Shown one piece after another: positions 9,889-19,064 of a DNA stretch of 64,000 nucleotides. The notes under the pieces are model-generated. The model was not told the origin of the DNA. It did no database searches and saw only the letters and a list, made by a program, of their open reading frames with translations. The first letter of the stretch is position 1. Every line of letters starts with the position of its first letter. Both the position numbers and the translations under genes were made by a program. Location of the stretch: IMG/VR virus record IMGVR_UViG_3300035070_002626, positions 235,911-299,910 of that record. One strand, given 5' to 3'.

Positions 9889-10686
9889 TTAGTCAATAAC
9901 GCTTTTGGTATTCACACCAGACGCTTGAGCTAGTTGCGGTTTTGGCGCAGCTTTCATGTCTGGTCTTGTTGTGTTACCTTGGTCTTGTGCTTTTGGAGCA
10001 GGACGACCTTTTTCTGGAGCAGTGTCTGTGTCAACTGGTTTTGCTACAGCACCTTTTGCGCCACTGTTTGCAGCCACAGTACTATGTGTTTGAGTACCAG
10101 CTGGTTCAGTAGTAACAGCTTTAGGAGCAGCAGTTAGGTCAACATTTTCTTCTAGACCTTCCATTTCCATGTCAACTTCGACTGTTTCGTCGTCCATGTC
10201 CATTTCTTCATGGTCATCTTCAACATCGTCGATGTCGTCGGTGTTGTCATCAACTTGACCCATGAGTTCTTCAAACTCGGACATAAGTTCGTCTAGTTTG
10301 TCTTCTAGGCCAACAACACGATCTTCAAGTTCTTCATCGTCGTCATCATCTTCAACGTCGACGTCAACCATTTCGATTTCGTCTTCATCTTCAAAAGTAA
10401 CACCTTGCTCTTCGGCTTCAATTTCGTCAATAAGATTATCAACTTGTGATCCGCCAAGTTCTGACTCGTCAATGGACTCGTCCATTTTGTCATCATACTC
10501 GATGTCTTTTTTAACTTCATCACCAGCTTTTTCAGCATGGTCATCTTTTTCTGCGTCTGATTCTTCAGACATAATGTCTTCATAGATTGTTTTAGATTGC
10601 TCTACAACGATCTCATGAAAGAGAGCTTTTGCTTTATCTTCTTCGTCGTTAATAACGAATTCGATAAGTTGTTCAAATTTATTCAT
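9889..10686 (-). CDS. Highly acidic prohead core/internal protein (gp67/68 position)
   Basis: Start moved from 10728 to ATG 10686 (GGAGG SD at 10694-10698; TAAATA at 10719-10724 lies inside the longer ORF); D/E-rich. Confidence 0.7.
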   Translation of the reverse strand: MNKFEQLIEFVINDEEDKAKALFHEIVVEQSKTIYEDIMSEESDAEKDDHAEKAGDEVKKDIEYDDKMDESIDESELGGSQVDNLIDEIEAEEQGVTFEDEDEIEMVDVDVEDDDDDEELEDRVVGLEDKLDELMSEFEELMGQVDDNTDDIDDVEDDHEEMDMDDETVEVDMEMEGLEENVDLTAAPKAVTTEPAGTQTHSTVAANSGAKGAVAKPVDTDTAPEKGRPAPKAQDQGNTTRPDMKAAPKPQLAQASGVNTKSVID

Positions 10687-10814
10687 ATTGGTTCCTCCAA
10701 AGTATGGGCTCAGTATAATATTTAACATAGAATTAAAAAACTATGCAGTTATAGGAGTAAAATGGGTAGAAAACGATAAATTTATTAGACTAAAAGAAAA
10801 AGTCTAATAAAGTA

Positions 10815-11030
10815 TCACATTTGTGGCGGCGCTGGTGCATATTGTGCTTGCACCTTTTTCAGCTCTTCCTTTTTTTCATAATTTCGCATGTCATACATTT
10901 TACGCAATTTTGAAATTTGTTTAAGAGTTAGTTTAGTTTTGCGCAGTTCGCCGAGTTGCGGTGTAGAATTGTCATCCTCTACATCTTGGTATCCTTCTGG
11001 TGCTGCTTCAAAAAATTCAAATAGTTTCAT
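10815..11030 (-). CDS. Small head-cluster protein (71 aa)
   Basis: LRKTKLTLKQISKLRKM helix; TAAATA 5 nt upstream of the ATG. Confidence 0.7.
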   Translation of the reverse strand: MKLFEFFEAAPEGYQDVEDDNSTPQLGELRKTKLTLKQISKLRKMYDMRNYEKKEELKKVQAQYAPAPPQM

Positions 11031-11038
11031 AATAATAT

Positions 11039-12061
11039 TTATCCAAAATCTATATCTATAGGATCAATCCTTCCTGCACCTAGAACTGATCCTTTTGAGC
11101 AGTTTCCTATACAAATGTTATGACAGGTTTTTATACTATCAAAACTATTTTTAAGTTTAAATTTGTAAAAATCTGACTGTGCAATATCACTTATACTGTG
11201 AATATTCAAATTTATATCGTTGAGGTTGCCAATTATTTTTCTAAAAAGCCTATCAGACATTGTGTTTTTCCAAGTTGTTCCGGACGTCATACAGCACGGC
11301 AATACATACCCTTCATGATTTATGTACATATCCCCGTGTTGATTCCAGGAGCACTGAGGGCTTGTAAACTCGTTGATACTGTTTGCTACGCTGTGAGACT
11401 TAGTAACAAATTCTATTCCGTCTGCCATTTCTAAATCATACTGAAACTCCCCGTCGATATACACAGGCCAAATAGTAGTTCCAAAGAAATTTCTATTAGA
11501 GTATTGAACTTGAAAGTCTATAAATCCAAGATCTTTTGCCAATTGTCTAGCTTCCTCAATTTGATGTTGATTGTGTTTGAAAACTATGTATTTCCAAGTT
11601 GCATTTCCTCCGGCTGAAATAAAACTTTTTGCATTTTCAATAGTTTTTTCCCAGTTAGCATTTATTCTATAGATGTGATTTGTATCTTCTAATCCATCTA
11701 GTGCAAATACAACATGCACATTCTTATAGGCTGCTATCTCTGAAAACCACTTTTTATTGCGTATACTTCCATTAGTATTAATGTCAACCCGGTTGATGTC
11801 TTTAAAAAAGTCAACAAAATTTCCAATTTCAGGATTCATTACTGGATCGCCGTAATCGCCTTCAAACTTCATATATTTTAAGTTAGGCAAATACTTTAAA
11901 TCGAAATTTTTTGAAAAATTATCAAAACTTAAATGCCCCGGAGTAAGATTTTTATCTAAAAATCCATGTTCGTCAAATCTAGGACATTGTGGGCAGTGCA
12001 AGTTGCAAAAACTAGATGATTCGATTGTTAGTTGTTTAATTTTATTTAAATCTAAGAACAT
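11039..12061 (-). CDS. Radical SAM protein with C-terminal SPASM/twitch-like domain
   Basis: CNLHCPQC (CxxxCxxC), GDYGDP, INTNGS, ALDGL motifs; C-terminal C...YINHEGYVLPCC...CHNICIGNC. Confidence 0.9.
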   Translation of the reverse strand: MFLDLNKIKQLTIESSSFCNLHCPQCPRFDEHGFLDKNLTPGHLSFDNFSKNFDLKYLPNLKYMKFEGDYGDPVMNPEIGNFVDFFKDINRVDINTNGSIRNKKWFSEIAAYKNVHVVFALDGLEDTNHIYRINANWEKTIENAKSFISAGGNATWKYIVFKHNQHQIEEARQLAKDLGFIDFQVQYSNRNFFGTTIWPVYIDGEFQYDLEMADGIEFVTKSHSVANSINEFTSPQCSWNQHGDMYINHEGYVLPCCMTSGTTWKNTMSDRLFRKIIGNLNDINLNIHSISDIAQSDFYKFKLKNSFDSIKTCHNICIGNCSKGSVLGAGRIDPIDIDFG

Positions 12062-12498
12062 TTGCTGTTAAACCAGTGCCACATGGGCGTATAAAAGTCT
12101 ATACGCACTTCGCCGTTAAGTCCAATAAAACCGTAAAACTCGTCAGTTAAGGTTGGACCATTTTGATTGTTGTTACTACCCACATGATAATAACAGGGAT
12201 TTCCGTTAACGTATAAATCAGTTACATCAATTTCATCAAGTACAATTTTCTGCACAATTGCATGAACATTGTAAACAATGTTGTCTTGTTCGTCAACAAT
12301 TGTGTGTTCTTCAGTTTTTCCCCGCATCACTACCCGAATACATTGTTCAGTGTGCTCGGCGGTATCTTCGTATTCAATAGTATATTGTGTTACACCTTCA
12401 TTAAATGAATTACTTGTAACAAGTTTATTGTTTTGGTATACATCAATAAAAATTTCCGGAACAGTTTCACTGCACTCGATATCTATTGTTGAAATCAT
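12052..12498 (-). CDS. Hypothetical protein (148 aa)
   Basis: ORF track; abuts the portal stop and overlaps the radical SAM start. Confidence 0.7.
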   Translation of the reverse strand: MISTIDIECSETVPEIFIDVYQNNKLVTSNSFNEGVTQYTIEYEDTAEHTEQCIRVVMRGKTEEHTIVDEQDNIVYNVHAIVQKIVLDEIDVTDLYVNGNPCYYHVGSNNNQNGPTLTDEFYGFIGLNGEVRIDFYTPMWHWFNSKCS

Positions 12499-12501
12499 TT
12501 G

Positions 12502-14223
12502 TTATGCTAGAGGCGTTTCTGCTGCAACTGCACCAGCATCGATGTCCACATCAATTTCCTCACCGCCTGCTTCGATGTCACCGCCGGTTTCAATATCTGC
12601 ATCAAAATCAGCAGGACTAACACCAACTGTGCGTAAATCTTTGCCCATTGGTTCAAGTTCACTTGGTTGTCCAGTTTCTTCACTCCACAATTTCGAGTTT
12701 TCTTGCAACTCGTCGTCAGTGAGACCCAGGTAACGTTTCATAAGAAAACGCTTGCTCATGTAGGGAATTTGCTCTAATGTGCTAAACGCTTGCATACGAG
12801 TTGTATCAAGTTCAGCTTGGCGATAACTAGCAAAATTCTGTGGTGGTGCAAACTTGATGTTAAACAACCCACTGTCAATATTAAAGCCTCTCCAGCGCAA
12901 AAACATTTTAAATTCATCATCAAGTTTTTGACAAATTTGCTTTTGCAGTCTTTCACAATACTGATTAAATCTGTATTCTTGTATAAGTGCAGTACCAACA
13001 CGCCCATCGTTCATTGGGCGATCACTGTCGTCTGGGCCAGTTGGAAGGTAACTGCTTGGAACACGAAGTCCTCTGCACATCTTGTTGTTAAAGTATTTTA
13101 AGTCATCAATTTGACCTAAGTTCTCGCCGCCTGGAAGTGTTTCAACTTTAGAACCACGACCTTCTGCTGTTTGTGGGAAGAAGTAGTCTTCGTTGATTGA
13201 CAATGGATTGTATGTAGTATCCATTGTAGTACCAGCTTGTCCGCCTTGTTGATTAGGAATACGTCTTTGGTGCACTTCATTTTTAACACGTTCAACAAAC
13301 TGCATAGCAAGGTGACTTGGCATGTTGCCTACATCAATATAGAATACTCTGCGCTCTGGTGCACGTTGTACACGATAGATTAGAATCGAGTCTTCAAGTA
13401 GTTCTTTTTGTTTGAATACTTTGAAAATCATTTCAAGTATACTTTGACTAAACGGCCAATAAAAATCCAAGCCTTCACTAAGTCCAAGGTGAACTATGTT
13501 TTTAGCATCAATCACTGTTTCGTTTATAGTGTGTTCAAATCTACTTTGTCCACCAGCAAGAGGCGCATTTGGGATAGTGTAGTTTGAATTTGATCCACCG
13601 CTGCCCCCAATTGACCCTGCATTAGGATTTGATCCATAATCTGTAGTGCTTTTAGGAGCAATGCTTAAATTTTGAAAGTTGGGATTAATATCACGAATAA
13701 CGTATTGTTCGGGTTTCTTGCCTTCGTTTTCGTTAACAATAACTCTTACTACTTTGGTCATGTCGACCCAGTATAGTTCAAAGGTTTCTGGATCTCTAAC
13801 AAAAACCTGATCGCCGTACTTCAACGTGTTTCGGAAGAGACGGAATATGCGTTGATCAAACTTGTTGAGTTTAGTCCACTGTTGTAGTTGTTTTCTAATA
13901 ATCTCAATTTCGTTGTTTGTAGGAGTGTCAGCGTAATCAACTTCAAACGGTGTGCCGTTGCTTTCATTGGTTTGTGTTGCAAACTCAGCAATAATATCTA
14001 AACACGCATTGATTTCACTGTCACAATCCATATTTTCATATTGATTATAACGTTCAATTCTGTTTGGATGTCCCGAATACACTTCTGGCAAGTGGCTTTG
14101 ATAGTTTTTAAAACCAAACTGACCACCAGACCCCGATTGCCCTCGTGCAGTTTGCCCGCTTATAGGAGAAAGTTGCCCACCTTCGTTTCCTACTACTTTA
14201 AAGTATTTTTTCCATCCAGCCAT
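12502..14223 (-). CDS. gp20: Portal vertex protein, gp20 family
   Basis: LLEDSILIYRVQRAPERRVFYIDVGNMP, EDYFFP, GRGSKVETLPGG, LRVPSSYL motifs; TAAATA 14259-14264. Confidence 0.95.
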   Translation of the reverse strand: MAGWKKYFKVVGNEGGQLSPISGQTARGQSGSGGQFGFKNYQSHLPEVYSGHPNRIERYNQYENMDCDSEINACLDIIAEFATQTNESNGTPFEVDYADTPTNNEIEIIRKQLQQWTKLNKFDQRIFRLFRNTLKYGDQVFVRDPETFELYWVDMTKVVRVIVNENEGKKPEQYVIRDINPNFQNLSIAPKSTTDYGSNPNAGSIGGSGGSNSNYTIPNAPLAGGQSRFEHTINETVIDAKNIVHLGLSEGLDFYWPFSQSILEMIFKVFKQKELLEDSILIYRVQRAPERRVFYIDVGNMPSHLAMQFVERVKNEVHQRRIPNQQGGQAGTTMDTTYNPLSINEDYFFPQTAEGRGSKVETLPGGENLGQIDDLKYFNNKMCRGLRVPSSYLPTGPDDSDRPMNDGRVGTALIQEYRFNQYCERLQKQICQKLDDEFKMFLRWRGFNIDSGLFNIKFAPPQNFASYRQAELDTTRMQAFSTLEQIPYMSKRFLMKRYLGLTDDELQENSKLWSEETGQPSELEPMGKDLRTVGVSPADFDADIETGGDIEAGGEEIDVDIDAGAVAAETPLA

Positions 14224-14264
14224 GTATTATTTTTCCAATATGAACATCGTAACTGAAGTATTTA

Positions 14265-16442
14265 TCACCCTCGACGGGTTGCATTTAGTATTTCCTGGCT
14301 GGTGTTGTTAGCACGTTGCATAGCAGTTACAAGTTCAGTTAATTTTTCAATGGTTAGATCCGACACTTCTTTTCTTGCTAGACTATCTGCATGCTGGCTT
14401 GCCAATTGATTGTTTGCTACTTTGAGATTTTCATTTAATACATCTGACAAATTGCTGCTGTTTTGTAACGTGCCGGCTGGGCCTGCTGTTGAAGGTACAG
14501 CATCTGATGTTCCTGGTGGAGCATATTTTTTTCTACTTTCTTCAAGTAGTTTTAATAAATCACTATTGTTTCCGTAATCTGGTGCTGCACTTGTTGGCGA
14601 AGTACCGTCACCTCCAGCTGGCATTGTTCCACTATCGCCACCAACAAATCTTCCAAAAAACATCTTTTTGATGCTTTCCCATGTCTCTGCGTTTTGTTTT
14701 CTAGAGTTTTCAAGTCTTTCTTGAATTTGTTGTTGCGCTATCTCTCTTTCTTCTGGACTCATACCTGTAAAATCTACAATTCCAGTACCAGATTCTGGCA
14801 TTATTTGTTCAGTAACTGCTGACTTTAATCCTCCTACACCGCCTTCGGAAAATATTTGTAGCATTTTAAGCATTTCGGTATTTGATTTTTGTACTATTTC
14901 GGCAAATTGTTTAACTGCACTAGCTGCTGGGCCCATAAGCTCTTTGGCCATTTTATCAGCTTCAATTGCTGCTCTTTGTAAAGCAACCTGTGCAGAAATT
15001 AAGTCAGCAGTTGTAGTATCCGTTGCTGTTGTTAAACTATCTTGTGATGTTTTTAATTTTTCTAAGTCGTCAGCTGTTAAATTAGCACGTTGGGACACAT
15101 TAAACATACCTTCAAACACTGCATCCAATGGTGTGCCAAGCCCAACTAGTCTAGCAATTCCTGCTGATCCTCCTAGAGAATCAAATCTATTGTTAATGCC
15201 TTGCATGATTAATGCTGTTGCATCAAGATCACTTATAGTACCTGCACGTAGTGCAGCAACCGCAGCAACACCTTCTTGCCCAGCTGCAAGAACAAACCCT
15301 TGTGCAGCTTCGGTACCGAGGTTGCCTGCCATTGCATCACGCAAACCATCAGCAATTTCTTTACTTGCAACAGTTTCAATAGCTGCTGATGTGGTTTGCA
15401 TGGCTAGTGCAGCTCGACGACCTTCGTCGCCGCCTAGTCTTTCTTGGATATCAGCAGCGGCACCCATTAAACGTATGTTTCGTGTTTGTGCATCCATTAT
15501 GGCTTGTTGATCGTCGATACTTCTACCAGTTATCCTCGAAAGAGTGGACAGTTTACGAATGTATTCTTCGCTGCCTTGTGCAAGTGCCCTTGCTGACATT
15601 GTTTCAACTCTACCAGTTCTTGCTTGTAACAACAAATATTTTGTTGTTAGTTCATTTTGTTTTTCGGCGCCCACACCCAAAGCTATCAAGCCTTGTCTAA
15701 ATGGTTCCATGTCTGCTGAGACTCGAGAAAATCTCTCAATACCTTCGCTTGCATCGCCAAACGCAAATGCAAGACCTTCAGCACCTTTGGACGCTACAGC
15801 ACTAAACTGTGTAAAACTAAGTCCAGCATCAATACTTTGATTCATTAGCTCAGTTAATCCGCTAGCAGTTAACCCGCCAACTTGCCCTACTGTGCGAAAT
15901 GCTTCACTTGCACGTTGTACTTCGGCTGTTACTTGCTGGCCTACTGTGGTAAGGATGTCAGCAACTGCTTCAGTAATTGCAGCGGCAAACTTGCCCACTG
16001 CATTGATTGCGCCTCCGATAACGCCGCCAACAACAGGAATACCGTCAGCAAGCCCGCCTAGTGCTTCACCAGCTACTCCTGCTAGTTTTCCTGTTGTTTT
16101 TAGTGCCGAGCCAGCTAGGTTTATCGATGGGTTCAAGCTGGTAAAGTCTTCCCTACTTTGCCTAACTGCACTAGCTGCTTCTGCAAAAGACGATCCGGCC
16201 TTAACAGCGCCAACTGCCATTTTACCTACAGCGGCAGTTCCTTTGCCGACTGAATTAGCAAACGACTCTTGGGAGGATATTATTGCTTTGTACTTGTTTT
16301 GAACATTGCTTAACTGGCTGTTGATTTTATTCCATTGAGAACTGCCTACTTGCTGACTGTTAGCCAGTTGCAACATAGACTGTTGCAATCGAGAGATTTC
16401 ATCATTCAATCTCTGTAGGTCTTGATCATCAAAATCTGCCAT
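14265..16442 (-). CDS. Tape-measure-like protein (about 725 aa)
   Basis: A/G-rich helical protein; start moved to ATG 16442 (MADFDDQDL) because the track start 16550 lies beyond the TAAATA box at 16486-16491 and overlaps the divergent gene. Confidence 0.7.
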   Translation of the reverse strand: MADFDDQDLQRLNDEISRLQQSMLQLANSQQVGSSQWNKINSQLSNVQNKYKAIISSQESFANSVGKGTAAVGKMAVGAVKAGSSFAEAASAVRQSREDFTSLNPSINLAGSALKTTGKLAGVAGEALGGLADGIPVVGGVIGGAINAVGKFAAAITEAVADILTTVGQQVTAEVQRASEAFRTVGQVGGLTASGLTELMNQSIDAGLSFTQFSAVASKGAEGLAFAFGDASEGIERFSRVSADMEPFRQGLIALGVGAEKQNELTTKYLLLQARTGRVETMSARALAQGSEEYIRKLSTLSRITGRSIDDQQAIMDAQTRNIRLMGAAADIQERLGGDEGRRAALAMQTTSAAIETVASKEIADGLRDAMAGNLGTEAAQGFVLAAGQEGVAAVAALRAGTISDLDATALIMQGINNRFDSLGGSAGIARLVGLGTPLDAVFEGMFNVSQRANLTADDLEKLKTSQDSLTTATDTTTADLISAQVALQRAAIEADKMAKELMGPAASAVKQFAEIVQKSNTEMLKMLQIFSEGGVGGLKSAVTEQIMPESGTGIVDFTGMSPEEREIAQQQIQERLENSRKQNAETWESIKKMFFGRFVGGDSGTMPAGGDGTSPTSAAPDYGNNSDLLKLLEESRKKYAPPGTSDAVPSTAGPAGTLQNSSNLSDVLNENLKVANNQLASQHADSLARKEVSDLTIEKLTELVTAMQRANNTSQEILNATRRG

Positions 16443-16505
16443 TAAATTCTTACCCGTTTTTACGCTGTATAAGTACAGTATCATATATTTATGGTAGGAA
16501 AAAAC
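16443..16505. promoter_or_regulatory. Divergent, converging late promoter pair
   Basis: TATAAGTA (+, 16468-16475) and TAAATA (-, 16486-16491) in the 63-bp gap between two divergent tail genes. Confidence 0.5.
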
Positions 16506-17351
16506 ATGGATCACAACAACCCAAACCCACTTGCAAAACACTTTAGGCAACCTGCAATTTATGTCACGTTGCCAAGCAATGGGGTGTACTACGACGAAAA
16601 TATTCTAGTAATGCCAGAGAATAAAGAAATTCCAATTTACCCAATGACAGCACTAGATGAAATTGCATATAGAACTGCTGACGCATTGTTCAACGGCGCT
16701 GCTATTGCTAATGTAATAAAAAGTTGCATCCCTGCTTTTGTAGACACTTGGCAGGTCAGCACACTTGATTTGGATACGTTGTTAATTGCTATAAGAATTG
16801 CAAGTTACGGACACGAAATGGAATTTACCAGCAAGTGTCCAAAGTGCAGCGAAACCAATGAGTTTGGCATTGACTTGAGAAGCATTATGGATCGAATCAA
16901 GACTCCAGATTTTTCTCAACCGGTTGTCAACGGAGACATTGAAATACATTTTAGACCGTTGACGTACACAGAACAAAATCGCAACAACATGTTGCAGTTC
17001 CAAGATCAAAAAATGTTGGAAGCATTACCTGATGCTGACCTTGATGAAGCTGAAAAGCTTAGATTGTTAACTGAAGCATTCCAAAGTCTCAGCGAGCTTA
17101 CTGTAAATGCAATCAGTGACAGTATCAGCATGATCAAAGCAGGCGATGATATTGTAGTAGACAAGGAACACATTACAGAATATATTAAAAACTGCGAATC
17201 TAAAGTTTTTTCAAAAGTACGCAAAAAAATTGAAGAAATTAAAAAACTAGGCGAAATTGACCCTCTTAACATTACTTGCGCCGATTGCAAGCACCAATAC
17301 GAAACGCCGTTTACTATGAATGTTGCAAATTTTTTCGAATCAGGCTCTTAA
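16506..17351 (+). CDS. Baseplate hub/tail assembly chaperone, gp26/gp51-like (G-type product)
   Basis: NPLAKHFRQP..YVTLPSNG N-terminus, CPKC and CADC Zn motifs, ends NFFESGS*; SD AGGA favours ATG 16506. Confidence 0.8.
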   Translation: MDHNNPNPLAKHFRQPAIYVTLPSNGVYYDENILVMPENKEIPIYPMTALDEIAYRTADALFNGAAIANVIKSCIPAFVDTWQVSTLDLDTLLIAIRIASYGHEMEFTSKCPKCSETNEFGIDLRSIMDRIKTPDFSQPVVNGDIEIHFRPLTYTEQNRNNMLQFQDQKMLEALPDADLDEAEKLRLLTEAFQSLSELTVNAISDSISMIKAGDDIVVDKEHITEYIKNCESKVFSKVRKKIEEIKKLGEIDPLNITCADCKHQYETPFTMNVANFFESGS

Positions 17352-17566
17352 CATCAGCTCCAGACGAGATTGAAGCAATCGTCGAGAAGATGGAAAAAGA
17401 AGTTAAGGGCCTAAAAGAGGATATGATGAAGATATGCTGGTACATGCGTGGCGGTATTAGCTACTCTGAAATCACACAGATGAGTGGTCCAGAACGAGAC
17501 ATCCTGGGAAGCATCATCAAGGGCAACTTGGAAACAGCAAAGAAAACAGGAAGAGACTTTTGGTAA
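17327..17566 (+). CDS. -1 frame extension of the preceding gene (GT-type domain), or a 58-aa ORF from ATG 17390
   Basis: Open -1 frame entered at slippery A-AAT-TTT-TTC; ICWYMRGGISYSEITQMSGPERDIL resembles C-terminal tail-chaperone domains. Confidence 0.7.
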   Translation, partial: KFFRIRLLTSAPDEIEAIVEKMEKEVKGLKEDMMKICWYMRGGISYSEITQMSGPERDILGSIIKGNLETAKKTGRDFW

Positions 17567-18063
17567 TCGATGAAGTAAAAGCCAACATCGAAGAATGGTT
17601 GATCAACTTTCTTGAAGTTCCACATCCTGCATTAGGCAATTGGTCACCATGCCCGTATGCTAGAAAAGCACGACTAGCCAACAAATACAGTGTGCGCATT
17701 GGCACTTCTCTAGCACAAGACATGATAAATGTTGCCGAAGAAGGCATGGGCAACCAAGATGTGTACATTTATGTGTACAACCCTGATGATTACGATCCTG
17801 AAGAATTTGAAGACACAATTGATAATGTCAACGAAGAAACACTAGTACCTATTGACATGCTAGCACTGTCAGACCATCCAGGTGTTCCTGAAGTAGTTAA
17901 TGGTGTGAAATTCAATCACGGAAAGTATGCACTAGCACTAGTACAAAGTCGCAGCAAGTTACACAGTCATGCAAAGATATTAGGTAAAAAAGGTTTCTAC
18001 AACGGCTGGGACGAAGAGTATCTTACTGGTCTATTTTCAAATCGTGAAGATCCACGACTTTAG
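17560..18063 (+). CDS. DUF1415-like protein
   Basis: WLINFLE...WSPCPYARKA resembles the DUF1415 xCPFA motif; TTG start uncertain. Confidence 0.55.
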   Translation: MVIDEVKANIEEWLINFLEVPHPALGNWSPCPYARKARLANKYSVRIGTSLAQDMINVAEEGMGNQDVYIYVYNPDDYDPEEFEDTIDNVNEETLVPIDMLALSDHPGVPEVVNGVKFNHGKYALALVQSRSKLHSHAKILGKKGFYNGWDEEYLTGLFSNREDPRL

Positions 18064-18709
18064 AATTTAACAGCTTGGTGTCTCTCTTGCACAACCACAC
18101 ATAGTGATCAACATCAGTGCTCCATTGTTGTCCCGTCCACCACTCAAATCCGTCAACTCGGCTTTTGTAAGTGCATATCTTCTCATATCCACTTCCCATG
18201 TACACATGCGAATACCCAGATTGTTTAGCCCAGGCAATTTCGTGATGCATTGTGCGTTCGCCTAAACGCAAATGCGGCTCATTATAGTCCCACGCAAATA
18301 ATGCTGTTTCAATACTGTTGGGACTGTATCTACGTAACTTACTCCATGCAACCAGCTCAGCATCGTGGTGATACTGAACATAGATATCCCAACTGAGTTG
18401 GTCATCAAGAGTGTACATTTTCTTAAAGCCTTTTTTCAAACAGTAGGCACTGTACACATGATCCATTTCGCTTGTAGAACTGTCAGTGATTTGGTAATTG
18501 TTTATTAGACTATAATCAGTGTTAGCAACATTTACTCTGGTACTACGACTTTGATACCAAATTTTTTCACCGTTGTCTACTGTTAATAACCATCCTTGAG
18601 CCAGCGCCTCATCGTGTTCACTGATGTCAACATCAACTAATTTTGGTATATTGTAGTTTATATCAGCTTGGCTCAGTGTGCCAAAAACATTATCGAATAC
18701 TATTTTCAT
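18023..18709 (-). CDS. Bpt/ATE1-like aminoacyl-tRNA-protein transferase
   Basis: C-terminal LRLGERTMHHEIAWAKQSGYSHVYMGSGYEKICTYKSRV fits the ATE_C pattern (SLG...I.WA...G..Y.YLGY....YK); N-terminal LAQGW matches the ATE_N L..GW/R motif. Confidence 0.7.
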   Translation of the reverse strand: MKIVFDNVFGTLSQADINYNIPKLVDVDISEHDEALAQGWLLTVDNGEKIWYQSRSTRVNVANTDYSLINNYQITDSSTSEMDHVYSAYCLKKGFKKMYTLDDQLSWDIYVQYHHDAELVAWSKLRRYSPNSIETALFAWDYNEPHLRLGERTMHHEIAWAKQSGYSHVYMGSGYEKICTYKSRVDGFEWWTGQQWSTDVDHYVWLCKRDTKLLNSKVVDLHDLKIDQ

Positions 18710-18740
18710 TACTAACTATATATAGAAATAAGGAAACCCA

Positions 18741-19064
18741 ATGGACATTTACACTATCTACTCTGACGTCAATGAAGGCGTTAATGCACACGAATTTGTA
18801 ACTAAAATGAGTGCGTTCTTAGATGAACTACCTACATTGCACAGCTATCGCATCACTAGAATGAAACTTGGATTTCGTAGTATGGATTTGCCAGAGTTTC
18901 GAATTGACATGGAATTTAAAAACATGCAAGATCTCGACGATGCAATGAAGCATGTAGTTACGGACACAAATGACATTGAAGTTAAGCACCATGCATTCAA
19001 TCAACTGGTTGATGTGGAAACTATACAACATTTTCTGTATAGAGACTTCCCAGACCAGTACTAA
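18741..19064 (+). CDS. DUF6614-like small alpha/beta protein
   Basis: YRITRMKLGFRSMDLPEFRIDMEF motif; AAGGA SD. Confidence 0.6.
   Translation: MDIYTIYSDVNEGVNAHEFVTKMSAFLDELPTLHSYRITRMKLGFRSMDLPEFRIDMEFKNMQDLDDAMKHVVTDTNDIEVKHHAFNQLVDVETIQHFLYRDFPDQY

Noticed and set aside
10262-10585. Poly-Ser ORF on the + strand
   Set aside because: Antisense shadow of GAA/GAC/GAT codons in the acidic core gene; not a microsatellite or a real gene.
14944-16302. Ala/Ser-rich + strand ORFs (188 and 136 aa)
   Set aside because: Antisense to the tape-measure-like gene; no SD or promoter.
16443-16550. Upstream starts given by the ORF track (also 10728, 25798, 55649, 58144, 59175, 60795)
   Set aside because: They overlap neighbouring genes or promoters; downstream starts have better SD sites or translational coupling.
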